Numbered from the stretch's first letter, positions 18,988-29,712 are shown. The stretch: 64,000 nucleotides of DNA from an uncultured Pelagibacteraceae bacterium (GCA_902584215.1 CACHYW010000002.1:11506-75505), one strand, 5' to 3'. Notes: generated from the sequence alone by a model not told the origin. A program made the numbers and translations.

Positions 18988-19770
18988 TTAAATTATTTTT
19001 TGAAGTTGATCATGAATTCTAAAGTTAGTTGCAAGAATTCGCCCTGAATTGTGATATTCCTCTCTTCCTTCAAAGTCAGTTACTTTTCCGCCTGCCTCTT
19101 TTACAATTAATGATCCTGCAGCGATATCAACTAGCTTTAAGTTTTTTTCCCAATAACCGTCATACTTTCCAGCAGCAACATATGCTAGATCCAAAGATGC
19201 AGCGCCCAATCTTCTAACACCACATACATTTTCCATTACTGTTTTAAGTCCAGGCAGATACTCTTCGTGTCCTTTCATTCCTTTGTGAGGAATGCCTGTT
19301 CCAATCATGCAGTCTTCTAAGTTTTCCCTTGATGAAACTCTTAGCCTAAGGTTATTGCAAAAAGCGCCCCTACCTTTTACAGCCCAAAAAAATTCATCTG
19401 TCAGCGGCTGATAAACTCCGCCTGCAATAATTTCATTGTCTTTTTCTAAAGCAATTGAAATCGCAAAATGGGGGATACTAAAAACAAAATTACTCGTTCC
19501 ATCAAGAGGATCGATTATCCATCTCATATTATCGTCTGAGTTTTTTATTGTTCCAATTTCTTCAGCAAGTATATTTATTTTAGGATATGAATAAGTAAGT
19601 TCTTTTATTATTTGCTTCTCTGCTCGGGTATCTGCTAAAGAAACAAAATCAGAAACTCCCTTTAAAGATACCTGTAATTTTTCAACTTCTCCAAAGTCTC
19701 GTATGAGATTTTTACTTACTTTTCTTGAAGCAAGGAATATTGCATTTATATAAGGATCAGAGTAACTCAT
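18988..19770 (-). CDS. suhB: Inositol monophosphatase
   Basis: WIIDPLDGTSNF and GAASLDLAYVAAG motifs. Confidence 0.8.
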   Translation of the reverse strand: MSYSDPYINAIFLASRKVSKNLIRDFGEVEKLQVSLKGVSDFVSLADTRAEKQIIKELTYSYPKINILAEEIGTIKNSDDNMRWIIDPLDGTSNFVFSIPHFAISIALEKDNEIIAGGVYQPLTDEFFWAVKGRGAFCNNLRLRVSSRENLEDCMIGTGIPHKGMKGHEEYLPGLKTVMENVCGVRRLGAASLDLAYVAAGKYDGYWEKNLKLVDIAAGSLIVKEAGGKVTDFEGREEYHNSGRILATNFRIHDQLQKII

Positions 19771-20333
19771 TAGTCAACTCTTTTAGAATAAGTTAAGTCC
19801 TCTGTATTGATTTCAATTTTCTCACCTTGTTCAATAAAAGGTGGCACCAATACTCTTATGCCATTCTCTAATATTGCAGGTTTATTTGAAGATGCAGCTG
19901 TTTGACCCTTAACAACCGCCTCCGTTTCACTAACAATAAAGGAGAGAGTTTTTGGAAGTTGTATTCCTATAGCTTTGTCATTGTACATCTCAATTATAAC
20001 TTCATCATTTTCACTCATTAAGACTATTCGATCTCCAGCAATTTCTGTGTCCAGTTCTATTTGTTCATATGAGTCTGTATTCATAAATACTAGTTTATCA
20101 TCTTGTTTATATAAATATTGGTACTTTTCTTCATCTACCCTTACACGGTCCACTTCCTCAGAGGCTCTGAATCTCTCATTTAGTTTTGATCCAGTTTTAA
20201 TATTTTTCATTTCAACCTGGTTGAATGCTCCACCCTTGCCTGGTTTTACTGATTGTGATTTGGCAACAGTCCACAACTCACCCTTATGCTCTAAAATCAT
20301 GCCAGGTTTTACAGAATTTCCATTAATTTTCAT
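19770..20333 (-). CDS. efp: Elongation factor P
   Basis: The VKPGKGGAF loop and 187 aa; 1-nt overlap with suhB. Confidence 0.9.
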   Translation of the reverse strand: MKINGNSVKPGMILEHKGELWTVAKSQSVKPGKGGAFNQVEMKNIKTGSKLNERFRASEEVDRVRVDEEKYQYLYKQDDKLVFMNTDSYEQIELDTEIAGDRIVLMSENDEVIIEMYNDKAIGIQLPKTLSFIVSETEAVVKGQTAASSNKPAILENGIRVLVPPFIEQGEKIEINTEDLTYSKRVD

Positions 20334-20337
20334 TCAA

Positions 20338-21357
20338 TTAAGTCTCAAGTGATTTGCTCCATTCACCTAAAGAAGCTTTCATATTCATGATTGCACGATG
20401 GCTGAATGCTTTTTGTGCATGCTCTAGATTACTGTCATTACCTGACCAAACTTTTAATGCTGCTTGCTGCAATGCTCTTCCATAAGAGAAGCTTAGTTTC
20501 CATTTAAAACCACCAATTTTATTCATCTCATCTAAATGTGCCGTTGCATCAATATCAGATTGACCACCCGATAGAAAAACAATACCTGGCAATTCATCAG
20601 GCACAGACGAATTTAGACAATCAAGAGTTTTTTCTGCAACTTCCTTATAATTTGCTTGATGACTATTTTCTGTTCCTGAAACTACCATGTTAGGTTTTAA
20701 CAGGGTGCCCCTAATATTTATATTTTTTTTATCAAGCATTTCAAAAAGTACGGATAATGTGTTCTTAGTAACGTCATAGCATTGATCTATTGTATGCGGG
20801 CCATCCATAATGACTTCAGGTTCTACTATTGGTACCATATTATTTTCTTGAGCTATAAGGGCGTACTCGGATAAAGCTAACATATTTTCATTGATACATT
20901 TTGTAGATGGCATGCCATCGCTAATATTGATTACTGCTCTCCATTTAGTAAATTTAGCACCCAATGCATCATATTCTCTACAACGTTCATTTAGGCCATC
21001 TAATCCAGTTGTGATTTTTTCATTAGAATTAACTTCCAGCTCTTTTACTCCTTGGTCTACTTTAATTCCAGGAAGTGACCCATGGTTTAAAATTACATCT
21101 CTTAAATATGATCCATCTTGTGCTTTTTGTCTTAGAGTCTCATCAAACAAAATTACCCCACCGATAGCCTCTGCCATCGCTGGAGATCTAAAAAGCATTT
21201 CTCTATATTTTCTTCTATTATCTTCAGTTGACTCCACGTCAATTGACTTAAATCTTTTTTCAATTGTTCCAGTGCTTTCGTCAGCTGCAAGTATTCCTTT
21301 ACCGTCCTTTACAATATAGCTAGCTATCTCTTCTAAAGTTTTTGGTATCATTTTCAT
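20338..21357 (-). CDS. fba: Fructose-bisphosphate aldolase, class I
   Basis: Class I Schiff-base region LLKPNMV and GILAADES N-terminal motif. Confidence 0.85.
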   Translation of the reverse strand: MKMIPKTLEEIASYIVKDGKGILAADESTGTIEKRFKSIDVESTEDNRRKYREMLFRSPAMAEAIGGVILFDETLRQKAQDGSYLRDVILNHGSLPGIKVDQGVKELEVNSNEKITTGLDGLNERCREYDALGAKFTKWRAVINISDGMPSTKCINENMLALSEYALIAQENNMVPIVEPEVIMDGPHTIDQCYDVTKNTLSVLFEMLDKKNINIRGTLLKPNMVVSGTENSHQANYKEVAEKTLDCLNSSVPDELPGIVFLSGGQSDIDATAHLDEMNKIGGFKWKLSFSYGRALQQAALKVWSGNDSNLEHAQKAFSHRAIMNMKASLGEWSKSLET

Positions 21358-21363
21358 CTCCTA

Positions 21364-22560
21364 TTATAAAATTCCTAATGCGACTAGGCCTGGTAATTTC
21401 TTACCTTCTATTAGCTCAAGTAATGCACCACCGCCAGTAGAAACATAAGAAAATTTATCTTTCACACGGGCTAAGTCTAATGCAGAAATTGTATCACCCC
21501 CACCAGCAAATGACCTAATTTTATTATTTTCAGTTAGAGTACCAATGAAATTTGCAATTTCTACAGTGCCTCTGTCAAACGGAGAAGTTTCAAATACTCC
21601 AACTGGACCATTCCAGAATACAGTTTTAGATTTACTAATTTCTTTTTTTATTAACTTCAATGTATTTTTGCCTATATCCAGAATCATATTTTGCTCTTTA
21701 ATATTTTCAATATCAGACTCTTTAATTTCTGCTCCGTCTGATATTTTATCTGCTGTGACTACATCAATTGGTAAAACTAACCTACAATTATTTTTAGATG
21801 AAAAATCTAGTATTTCTGTAATTAAGTGGTCGACATTTTCTTCATGCAATGATTTTTGGATATTATACCCATGATATTTCAAAAAGTTATTTGCCATACC
21901 ACCAGCTATGACAATGGTGTCCATTTTTTCTGATAAATTTTTAAGAACAGTAATTTTTGTGGATATTTTAGAACCTCCTATTATTGTGAGAGCAGGACTA
22001 AGAGGTTCATGAATCACTTCTTGCAAATTAATCATTTCTTCTTCAAGAAGATCCCCACAATATGAAGGCATGAAATGCGATATTGCTTCAATTGATGCAT
22101 GTGCGCGGTGCGAACATGCGAACGCATCATTTATGTAAACATCAGCCAACTCAGATAACTGTTTTGCAAAGTCATGATCATTCTCTTCCTCTTCTTTATA
22201 GAATCTGCAGTTTTCTAATAAAATGACTGTTCCATATTCAAGCGAATTGATTTTGTCTTTTATTTCATTTCCGATACAATCTGGTAAGAAATTTATTTTT
22301 TTTTCAAGAACTTTTTCTAGCTGAGGAACTACTTGTTGCAGTGATAGCTCATCCTTTATCTCTCCATTTGGTCTACCCAAGTGAGATAAAATAATGACTT
22401 TATGATTTTCATGTAACAGATTTAAAATAGGTTTTTTAATTCTGATTATTCTATCACTAATATAGTCATCAATAGAATTTAGTGGAACGTTAAGATCAAA
22501 TCTTATTAATACAGTTTTATTTTTCTCAGTAATCTTTTTTAGATTAGAGACATCCAGCAT
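21364..22560 (-). CDS. pgk: Phosphoglycerate kinase
   Basis: RFDLNVP, SHLGRP, GGGDT motifs. Confidence 0.9.
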   Translation of the reverse strand: MLDVSNLKKITEKNKTVLIRFDLNVPLNSIDDYISDRIIRIKKPILNLLHENHKVIILSHLGRPNGEIKDELSLQQVVPQLEKVLEKKINFLPDCIGNEIKDKINSLEYGTVILLENCRFYKEEEENDHDFAKQLSELADVYINDAFACSHRAHASIEAISHFMPSYCGDLLEEEMINLQEVIHEPLSPALTIIGGSKISTKITVLKNLSEKMDTIVIAGGMANNFLKYHGYNIQKSLHEENVDHLITEILDFSSKNNCRLVLPIDVVTADKISDGAEIKESDIENIKEQNMILDIGKNTLKLIKKEISKSKTVFWNGPVGVFETSPFDRGTVEIANFIGTLTENNKIRSFAGGGDTISALDLARVKDKFSYVSTGGGALLELIEGKKLPGLVALGIL

Positions 22561-22562
22561 TA

Positions 22563-23573
22563 CTATTTTGATCTTTTCATTGCTACTGCAGTATCACACA
22601 TTCTATTTGAGAAACCCCATTCATTATCATACCAACTTAAAACTCTTCCAAATTTTCCATCTATGACTTGTGTTTGAGTCAGGTCAAAATTTGAAGAAGC
22701 AGGATTATGATTAAAATCTGATGAAACAAGTGGCTCTGAATTAACGTTGAGTATACCTTTCAATTTATTGGACCGTGACGCAGCGGTCATGGCTTTATTT
22801 ACACTATCAACTTTCATTGTTTTTTTTGATACAAATTTAAAATCGATAAGCGATACATTGGGAGTTGGTACTCTTATTGCCGTTCCATCTAGTTTTCCTG
22901 ATAATTCTGGCATCACTAACCCAACTGCTTTGGCGGCACCTGTTGATGTAGGTATCATTGACATTGAAGCTGCCCTAGCTCTTCTTAAATCAGGATGAAA
23001 TGTATCCAAAACACTTTGGTCACCTGTAAATGCATGAATGGTAGTCATATATCCATGAACAATTCCAAATTTTTCGTGAAGAACTTTAACTACTGGTGCC
23101 AAACAGTTCGTAGTGCAAGATGCATTCGAAACAACTAGATCATTACGAGTTATTTCTTGTTCGTTTACCCCATATACTATTGTTTTATCAGCTTCAGAGC
23201 AGGGGGCAGAGACAAGAACTTTTTTTGCTCCAGCTTTAATATGCATAGACGCTTTTTCTTTCGAGGTAAATAAACCAGTACATTCAAGAGCTACGTCAAT
23301 TTTCATTTTTTTCCATGGAAGTTTTTGTGGATCTCTCTCATTAAGTACTGAAATAGTTTTCCTTCCAATGGTCATCTTGTTCTTCTTAACAGAAATTTTT
23401 TCGTTTAAAGGTCCGTGGACTGTATCATTCGCTAGCAAGAATGCGTTTGTATCAACAGGCGCTAAGTCATTTATTGCAACAACATTAATATCCTTACGTT
23501 TACTTTCTATAATTGATCTGAGAACTAATCTACCGATCCTTCCAAACCCACTAATTGCAACATTTACTGCCAT
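22563..23573 (-). CDS. gap: Glyceraldehyde-3-phosphate dehydrogenase
   Basis: NGFGRIGR-like N-terminus (SGFGRIGR) and active site SNASCTTNCL. Confidence 0.9.
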   Translation of the reverse strand: MAVNVAISGFGRIGRLVLRSIIESKRKDINVVAINDLAPVDTNAFLLANDTVHGPLNEKISVKKNKMTIGRKTISVLNERDPQKLPWKKMKIDVALECTGLFTSKEKASMHIKAGAKKVLVSAPCSEADKTIVYGVNEQEITRNDLVVSNASCTTNCLAPVVKVLHEKFGIVHGYMTTIHAFTGDQSVLDTFHPDLRRARAASMSMIPTSTGAAKAVGLVMPELSGKLDGTAIRVPTPNVSLIDFKFVSKKTMKVDSVNKAMTAASRSNKLKGILNVNSEPLVSSDFNHNPASSNFDLTQTQVIDGKFGRVLSWYDNEWGFSNRMCDTAVAMKRSK

Positions 23574-23584
23574 TTTGAAAACTC

Positions 23585-25582
23585 CTATATTTTTTTAATT
23601 ACTTGCTTTAATATTTTTTTTGCTGTGAAGCCATAGTAATCATAAAGCTTTTGATAAGGAGCGCTGGCTCCAAAATCTTTCATGCATATATTCACAGTAT
23701 TTCCTCCACAGATCTCACTCCATCCAAAACTTGAACCTGCTTCTATTGATATATTTAACTTAGAATTCCCTCTGATCTTTTTTTGAAATGTCTTACTTTG
23801 AATTTTAAATAGCTCCATGCACGGTACTGAAATCACTCTTACATTTTTTTTCTTTTTTTCTAGCAGGCCCATTAGCTGAATACCTATTTCTACCTCAGAA
23901 CCTGAGGCATAGATTGAAATATCTGGATTTTTAGAGTTGCTTTTAATCTCATATGCGCCCTGAGAACTAATATTTTTTTTGTAATATCTCCTTCTAAGCA
24001 TAGGCAGCTTTTGTCTAGTTAGGGCAATAACAGATGGACCTTTTTGATTTGATAAAGCCAATTCCCAAGCTTCAGCTGTTTCAATAACATCAGCAGGCCG
24101 GAATACTTTTACATTTGGTGTTGCCCTTAGGGATGCCAGTTGTTCAATTGGTTGATGAGTAGGGCCATCTTCACCCAAGCCAATTGAGTCGTGTGTTAAA
24201 ATATAAATAGCCCTCTGCTTCATAAGAGCCGCAAGTCTAAGAGATGGCTTACAGTAATCTAAAAATATTAAAAATGTTCCTCCAAATGGTATAATGCCCT
24301 TATGTAATGATAAGCCATTCATAATGGCTGCCATTCCATGCTCTCTTATTCCATAATAGACATAATTACCTCGGTAATTTTTTGAATTAATAACATCTAC
24401 TTTATTCCCTTTAGTATTGTTTGAACCGGTAAGATCTGCAGATCCACCAACTAATTCTGGCATGATGGGTGCAATTTGGTTAATCACCATCTCAGAGGCC
24501 TGCCGCGTTGCTATATCAATTGGTTTCTTAATAGAGCCTTTTTTAAACTTACTTAGAAGCTGGTTAACTTTTTTTGGAACATTTCCACTAATTCTTCTTT
24601 CAAATTCATCTCTTTTCTTTTTAGACAGTTTTTCAAAATCTATTTTCCATTTTTTATACACGTCAGTTGATCTCTTGCCAGACTTTTTCCATTCATTTAA
24701 TACATCTACTGGAACCGAAAAGGGCTTGTGGGGCCACTTTAGTTTGGATCTAGTTAAGCTGACTTCTTCTTCACCAAGTGGACTGCCATGTGAGGAAGAT
24801 TTACCTTGCTTGTTAGGTGAGCCGAAACCAATTTTTGTTTTACAAGAAATTATAGTGGGTTTTTTTGATCTTTTAGCTTTTGTTATCGCTTTTATAATTT
24901 CATCTTTATGATGCCCATTAATTTTTATTGTGTTCCACCCATAGGCCTTAAAACGGTCAAGTGTATTTTCAGAATTTGAGAGTTTAACAGGTCCATCAAT
25001 TGAAATTCCATTATCATCAAAAAAAACAATTAGCTTATTTAACTTCAAATGACCTGCAAATGAAGCGACCTCATGAGATATGCCTTCCATCAAGTCACCA
25101 TCACTGGCTATCACGTAAGTATAGTGATCGATAATCTTATCTCCAAATTGACTGCTTAATATTTTTTCAGCTAAAGCCATTCCTACAGCATTTCCTATTC
25201 CTTGTCCTAATGGTCCAGTAGTTGTTTCAATGCCTTGAGCATGTCCATATTCAGGATGACCTGCACACTTACTATCAAGTTGTCTAAATTTTTTGATATC
25301 CTTGATGGTCATATCACGGTAACCAGTTAGATACAGCAGTGAATACAGAAGCATCGAGCCGTGACCAGCTGATAATATAAATCTATCTCTATCATGCCAC
25401 CTGGGAGCACCAGAATTAAACTTTAGAAATTTAGTGAAAAGAACAGTGGCAACATCAGCCATACCCATTGGCAATCCCGGGTGTCCACTTTTAGCCCTCT
25501 CTACCGCGTCAATTGATAAGAATCTTATGGCATTTGCCATATTTTCGTGAGGGATCGAAGAAGAATTTAAGTTTCGAGACAT
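23585..25582 (-). CDS. tkt: Transketolase
   Basis: SGHPG, GDGDLMEG-like (SDGDLMEG) ThDP motif; 665 aa. Confidence 0.9.
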   Translation of the reverse strand: MSRNLNSSSIPHENMANAIRFLSIDAVERAKSGHPGLPMGMADVATVLFTKFLKFNSGAPRWHDRDRFILSAGHGSMLLYSLLYLTGYRDMTIKDIKKFRQLDSKCAGHPEYGHAQGIETTTGPLGQGIGNAVGMALAEKILSSQFGDKIIDHYTYVIASDGDLMEGISHEVASFAGHLKLNKLIVFFDDNGISIDGPVKLSNSENTLDRFKAYGWNTIKINGHHKDEIIKAITKAKRSKKPTIISCKTKIGFGSPNKQGKSSSHGSPLGEEEVSLTRSKLKWPHKPFSVPVDVLNEWKKSGKRSTDVYKKWKIDFEKLSKKKRDEFERRISGNVPKKVNQLLSKFKKGSIKKPIDIATRQASEMVINQIAPIMPELVGGSADLTGSNNTKGNKVDVINSKNYRGNYVYYGIREHGMAAIMNGLSLHKGIIPFGGTFLIFLDYCKPSLRLAALMKQRAIYILTHDSIGLGEDGPTHQPIEQLASLRATPNVKVFRPADVIETAEAWELALSNQKGPSVIALTRQKLPMLRRRYYKKNISSQGAYEIKSNSKNPDISIYASGSEVEIGIQLMGLLEKKKKNVRVISVPCMELFKIQSKTFQKKIRGNSKLNISIEAGSSFGWSEICGGNTVNICMKDFGASAPYQKLYDYYGFTAKKILKQVIKKI

Positions 25583-25745
25583 TTATTTTTAATACTAATA
25601 ATGAGCCTAATATAAGCAATAAAGTAGAAAGAGTCTTAAATTATAATATCTTATTCACAAAAAAAATTAATTTTTTTTATAATTTTAAAAGTTGACTGGG
25701 AATAAAAAAGACAGTTAAACTCCCCCTAAAGATTAAGGGTGCGAC

Positions 25746-26009
25746 ATGTCAACATATCAGGATACTAAAGATCAATTCAGTAATACTATTGCAAATCTTG
25801 GTAGAGAAATTGAAAAATTGTCACAAGAAGCAAAAAAGATATCATCCCTCGAAAATGAAAATGCGAAACTGCTTAGTGAGAATAATCACCTTGAAAACGA
25901 AATTAAAATCTTAAAATCTGATTTTCTAGAGCTTAAAAATATTGCTGGAAATATTTCATCTCAGCTTGATGAAAATATTTATACAATTAAAGATATATTG
26001 GATTCATAA
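25746..26009 (+). CDS. Coiled-coil protein upstream of zapA (DUF4164/ZapB-like)
   Basis: 87-aa heptad-rich sequence; conserved position ahead of zapA in alphaproteobacteria, from my recollection. Confidence 0.4.
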   Translation: MSTYQDTKDQFSNTIANLGREIEKLSQEAKKISSLENENAKLLSENNHLENEIKILKSDFLELKNIAGNISSQLDENIYTIKDILDS

Positions 26010-26012
26010 TTG

Positions 26013-26375
26013 ATGCCTGAAATAGTAGTAAATATTAATGATCAAGATTATGCGATAGTTTGCGATCCTGGGGAAGAAAATCACTTAAAGCAACTTAGTT
26101 CGCGAATTGACTTTAAAGTCAGAGAATTGACTAAAAGATTCGGAAAAATAGGTGAAACTAGGCTAATGGTTATGGCCTCATTGTTGATTGCTGATGAAAT
26201 ACACGATCTTAATCAAAAATTAAGTTCAAATCTGACTAAGATTGAAGAGCTTCAAACAAGTATTAGTTCAAAAGAAAAAATTTTAGATCAACAACAAATG
26301 GAAAGTCAAAAATACATTGAGGCTAACAATGAGAAATTAACAGACTTACTATCTAAGCTTTCACAGGCAAGTTAA
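26013..26375 (+). CDS. zapA: Cell division protein ZapA
   Basis: The N-terminal VNINDQDYAIVCDPGEENHL pattern and a coiled-coil tail. ATG at 26013 is preferred over the track TTG at 26010. Confidence 0.7.
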   Translation: MPEIVVNINDQDYAIVCDPGEENHLKQLSSRIDFKVRELTKRFGKIGETRLMVMASLLIADEIHDLNQKLSSNLTKIEELQTSISSKEKILDQQQMESQKYIEANNEKLTDLLSKLSQAS

Positions 26376-26399
26376 GAAAATTTCTAATCATTAATATTA

Positions 26400-26975
26400 A
26401 TGATTAATACAGAGCATCATCTAGAAAAAAAAATATTACGCAAATTTTTAATTAATAGAAGAAAACATCTATCAGGAGACTATAATGAAAAAAATATGTC
26501 TCACGTACATTTACGTCCGTTATTAAATAATATTAATAGTGATTATGTGGGCTCATATATCGATTATAATTTTGAATTAAGTACTAATGTTTTACATAAA
26601 TGCCTAATTGAAAAAAATGTTAATATTTGTTTACCTAAAATTGATTATCAAACTAAAGAAATTAATTTTTTTAAATATACTACTGGAACTAAATTAATTA
26701 AAAATAAGTATAATATTTTAGAGCCTGAGGTAACCAATGAAATTATATTTCCAAAACTAGTCTTAGTCCCTTTGCTAGCATTCAATGAAAGTGGTTTTAG
26801 ATTAGGATATGGAGGAGGTTTTTATGATAAATATTTTTCTTTCCAAGAAGAAAAAGAAATTATTAAAGTAGGACTAGGATATTCTTTTCAAAATGTTTAT
26901 GAAATTCCAATTGAAGATCATGATCAAAAACTTGATTGGATTTTAACAGAAAGTTATTTATATAAAGTAATATGA
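26400..26975 (+). CDS. ygfA: 5-formyltetrahydrofolate cyclo-ligase
   Basis: LVPLLAFNESGFRLGYGGGFYD motif. Confidence 0.8.
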   Translation: MINTEHHLEKKILRKFLINRRKHLSGDYNEKNMSHVHLRPLLNNINSDYVGSYIDYNFELSTNVLHKCLIEKNVNICLPKIDYQTKEINFFKYTTGTKLIKNKYNILEPEVTNEIIFPKLVLVPLLAFNESGFRLGYGGGFYDKYFSFQEEKEIIKVGLGYSFQNVYEIPIEDHDQKLDWILTESYLYKVI

Positions 26976-27772
26976 AAATTTTATTTTTAGGGGATGTAAT
27001 GGGTAGATCTGGTAGGCATTCCTTAAGAGATAATCTGCCACAAGCGATCGCTGATAATAATATTGATTTTGTGATAGCAAATGGTGAAAACGCTGCAGGT
27101 GGTTTTGGAATCACTGAGAGCATATGTAATGAATTGTATTCGTACGGTGTAAATGTGATTACCACAGGAAATCATTTATGGGATCAAAAAGAAATAACTA
27201 ATTACATCGATAAGGATCAAAACCTTTTAAAACCTTACAATTTTGCAGAAGGATCTCCTGGACTAGGCTTTAATATTTATGAGCTGGACAATAAGGAAAA
27301 AATTGCAGTTATTAATATAATGGGAAACTTATTTATGCGTTCCTGTGATAATGCTTTTTTCAAGATCGAGGAGGTATTGCAAAAAATTGATGTAAAAGAC
27401 TTATCATTCATTTTTGTAGATTTTCATGCCGAAGCATCGAGTGAAAAGATGGCCATGGGTCACCACCTTGACGGACGCGTAACTGCGGTAGTAGGGACGC
27501 ATACGCACGTTCCAACAGCTGATGCAACCATCATGGAACATGGAACAGCTTATCAAACAGATGCAGGTATGTGTGGTGATTATGACTCTGTTATTGGAAC
27601 TAAAAAAGAAGAATTTGTAAGGAAATTTGCAACTCAAGACAATGAAAGAAAAAGAGTGCCGCCTGCCGATGGAGTGGGTACATTATGTGGAGTAATTATA
27701 GAATCGCAGAATGGCAATTTTCTTGCTAAAAATATTCAATCAATTCGTATTGGCGGAAAAATAGGAAATTAA
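26972..27772 (+). CDS. ymdB: YmdB-family metallophosphoesterase (TIGR00282)
   Basis: MKILFLGDVMGRSGR, GENAAGGFGIT, DFHAEASSEK motifs. Confidence 0.8.
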   Translation: MKILFLGDVMGRSGRHSLRDNLPQAIADNNIDFVIANGENAAGGFGITESICNELYSYGVNVITTGNHLWDQKEITNYIDKDQNLLKPYNFAEGSPGLGFNIYELDNKEKIAVINIMGNLFMRSCDNAFFKIEEVLQKIDVKDLSFIFVDFHAEASSEKMAMGHHLDGRVTAVVGTHTHVPTADATIMEHGTAYQTDAGMCGDYDSVIGTKKEEFVRKFATQDNERKRVPPADGVGTLCGVIIESQNGNFLAKNIQSIRIGGKIGN

Positions 27773-28516
27773 ATGGCGGGCCACTCTAAGTTTAAAAATA
27801 TTCAATACCGAAAAGGAGCGCAAGACAAAAAAAGAGCAGGACTATTTTCCAAGTTATCTAAAGAAATAACTGTTGCAGCAAAATTAGGTTCTCCAGACCC
27901 TGATCAAAACGCCAGATTGAGATCGGCTATTCAACTTGCAAAGGCATCGAGCTTTCCAAAAGAGAATATTGATCGTGCTATTAAAAAGTCTTTAGATAAA
28001 GATACAATTAATTATGATCAAATGAGATATGAAGGATTTGGTCCAGCAGGTGTATCTATAATTGTTGAAGCACTTACTGATAATAGAAACAGAACAGCAT
28101 CTAATGTCAGATCAACATTTCAAAAGTTCGGAGGATCATTAGGTGAAACAGGTTCGGTTTCTCATGCATTCAAACACTATGGTTTTCTGAAATTTAAAAA
28201 GGATATTACAACTGAGGATGAGTTTTTTAACTTTTCAATTGAAAATGGAGCAGAGGATTGTTTCTTAGAAGAGGATGAATATGAAACAGTATGCTTACCT
28301 GATGCATTATCAGGGTTTTACGACTTGTTAGCTTCTGAATATGGTGAGCCCATCTCATCTGGTTTTCAGTGGAGACCAAATATATTAGTTAAAGTTGAAG
28401 GCGAAAAGTTGAAATCACTTATAAATCTAATAAACGAGCTTGATAATGACGAGGATGTTCAGTATATCTTCTCAAATTTTGAGGCGAGCGATGAAGAATT
28501 AATAAGAATTGCTTGA
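27773..28516 (+). CDS. yebC: YebC/PmpR-family transcriptional regulator
   Basis: MAGHSKFKNIQYRKGAQDKKR N-terminus. Confidence 0.9.
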   Translation: MAGHSKFKNIQYRKGAQDKKRAGLFSKLSKEITVAAKLGSPDPDQNARLRSAIQLAKASSFPKENIDRAIKKSLDKDTINYDQMRYEGFGPAGVSIIVEALTDNRNRTASNVRSTFQKFGGSLGETGSVSHAFKHYGFLKFKKDITTEDEFFNFSIENGAEDCFLEEDEYETVCLPDALSGFYDLLASEYGEPISSGFQWRPNILVKVEGEKLKSLINLINELDNDEDVQYIFSNFEASDEELIRIA

Positions 28517-28584
28517 TTAATTAACTTTTAAAATCTTAATATATTAATTAGTCTTTAATGAATTGATAAATTTGATTCGTTTTT

Positions 28585-28968
28585 ATGCCAGGTAGCTCTC
28601 CAAAAAGAAAAGGTGATGGATATGAAAGGGAGTTAGCTAAATATTTTAACAAAAAAGTTTTTGGTGGTGATGATCTTGTACAACGAATGCCGCTGTCTGG
28701 TGGTGGAGCTATAAAATCATCAGGAGGGAGTGATTTAAAAAACACTCCTCATATTTATGTTGAGGCAAAGAGAACTGAAAAATTTAAAATCCATGAGTCT
28801 ATTAAGCAAGTCGAAGAAAATATTGAAACGTCCAAATCAAACTCATTTCCCGTGGTCATTACTAGAAGAAATAGGGAAACAACTGGTAATTCCTTGTGTG
28901 TTTTAAGATTAGATGACTTTATGGAACTATATAAAATATTTCTTGAAAGTAAGAAGGCTGATTCATGA
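28585..28968 (+). CDS. PD-(D/E)XK nuclease resembling archaeal Hjc-type Holliday junction resolvase
   Basis: RKGDGYERELAKYF (Hjc-like KG..ERE), RMPLSGGG, then D50...E60-A-K62 (SDL...YVEAKRT). This gives the E / D / ExK catalytic arrangement in 127 aa. Confidence 0.6.
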   Translation: MPGSSPKRKGDGYERELAKYFNKKVFGGDDLVQRMPLSGGGAIKSSGGSDLKNTPHIYVEAKRTEKFKIHESIKQVEENIETSKSNSFPVVITRRNRETTGNSLCVLRLDDFMELYKIFLESKKADS

Positions 28969-29007
28969 CGCCCTATTTAAGACAATTTTTAGTTTTAAAT
29001 TAATACT

Positions 29008-29712
29008 ATGGAAAATGAATCTATAATAAGTGCAAGTCAAATTAATGATGAATTCACCCTAATATCTCTTTTCTTTAGGGCAGACTTAGTAGTGAAATTA
29101 GTAATTCTAATATTATTCGCTGCATCAATATTTTCATGGACAATTATTATTCACAAAATAAGACTTTTTAGATCTTTAAAAAAAATCAGTAAACAATTTG
29201 AGGAAGAATTTTGGTCAGGACGTTCCATCAAAGAAATTGCATCAACTACTCATCATCTTTCAGAAAGTCCTATAAAGTATGTTTTTCTCGAGGCAGTGGA
29301 TGAGATTGAAAAGTCCAATCAAGAAACTAAAAAAAATATCGAAAGCATAATTGATAGAATTAATAGAATTATGGAAGCTGCAATTGATTATCAAAATGAA
29401 AAACTTTCACTATACTTTAGCTATCTTGCAACTATAGGCGCAACCACTCCTTTTATTGGCCTTTTTGGAACTGTTTGGGGAATAATGAATTCTTTCCAGT
29501 CAATTGCAATATCAAGAAATACATCCTTAGCAGTAGTAGCACCAGGAATAGCGGAAGCTCTTTTCGCAACAGCCCTAGGACTCTTGGCAGCGATACCAGC
29601 TGTGATTGCCTACAATATTTTCACAAGTCAGGTGAATGATGAGAATGCCCGAATGTATAGATTTAAAGAGCATTTTAATGTCATTTTTTCTAGAGGACTT
29701 AATGCAAAATAA
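29008..29712 (+). CDS. tolQ: Tol-Pal system protein TolQ
   Basis: MotA/TolQ/ExbB channel family with 3 TM, at the head of the tol cluster. Confidence 0.85.
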   Translation: MENESIISASQINDEFTLISLFFRADLVVKLVILILFAASIFSWTIIIHKIRLFRSLKKISKQFEEEFWSGRSIKEIASTTHHLSESPIKYVFLEAVDEIEKSNQETKKNIESIIDRINRIMEAAIDYQNEKLSLYFSYLATIGATTPFIGLFGTVWGIMNSFQSIAISRNTSLAVVAPGIAEALFATALGLLAAIPAVIAYNIFTSQVNDENARMYRFKEHFNVIFSRGLNAK

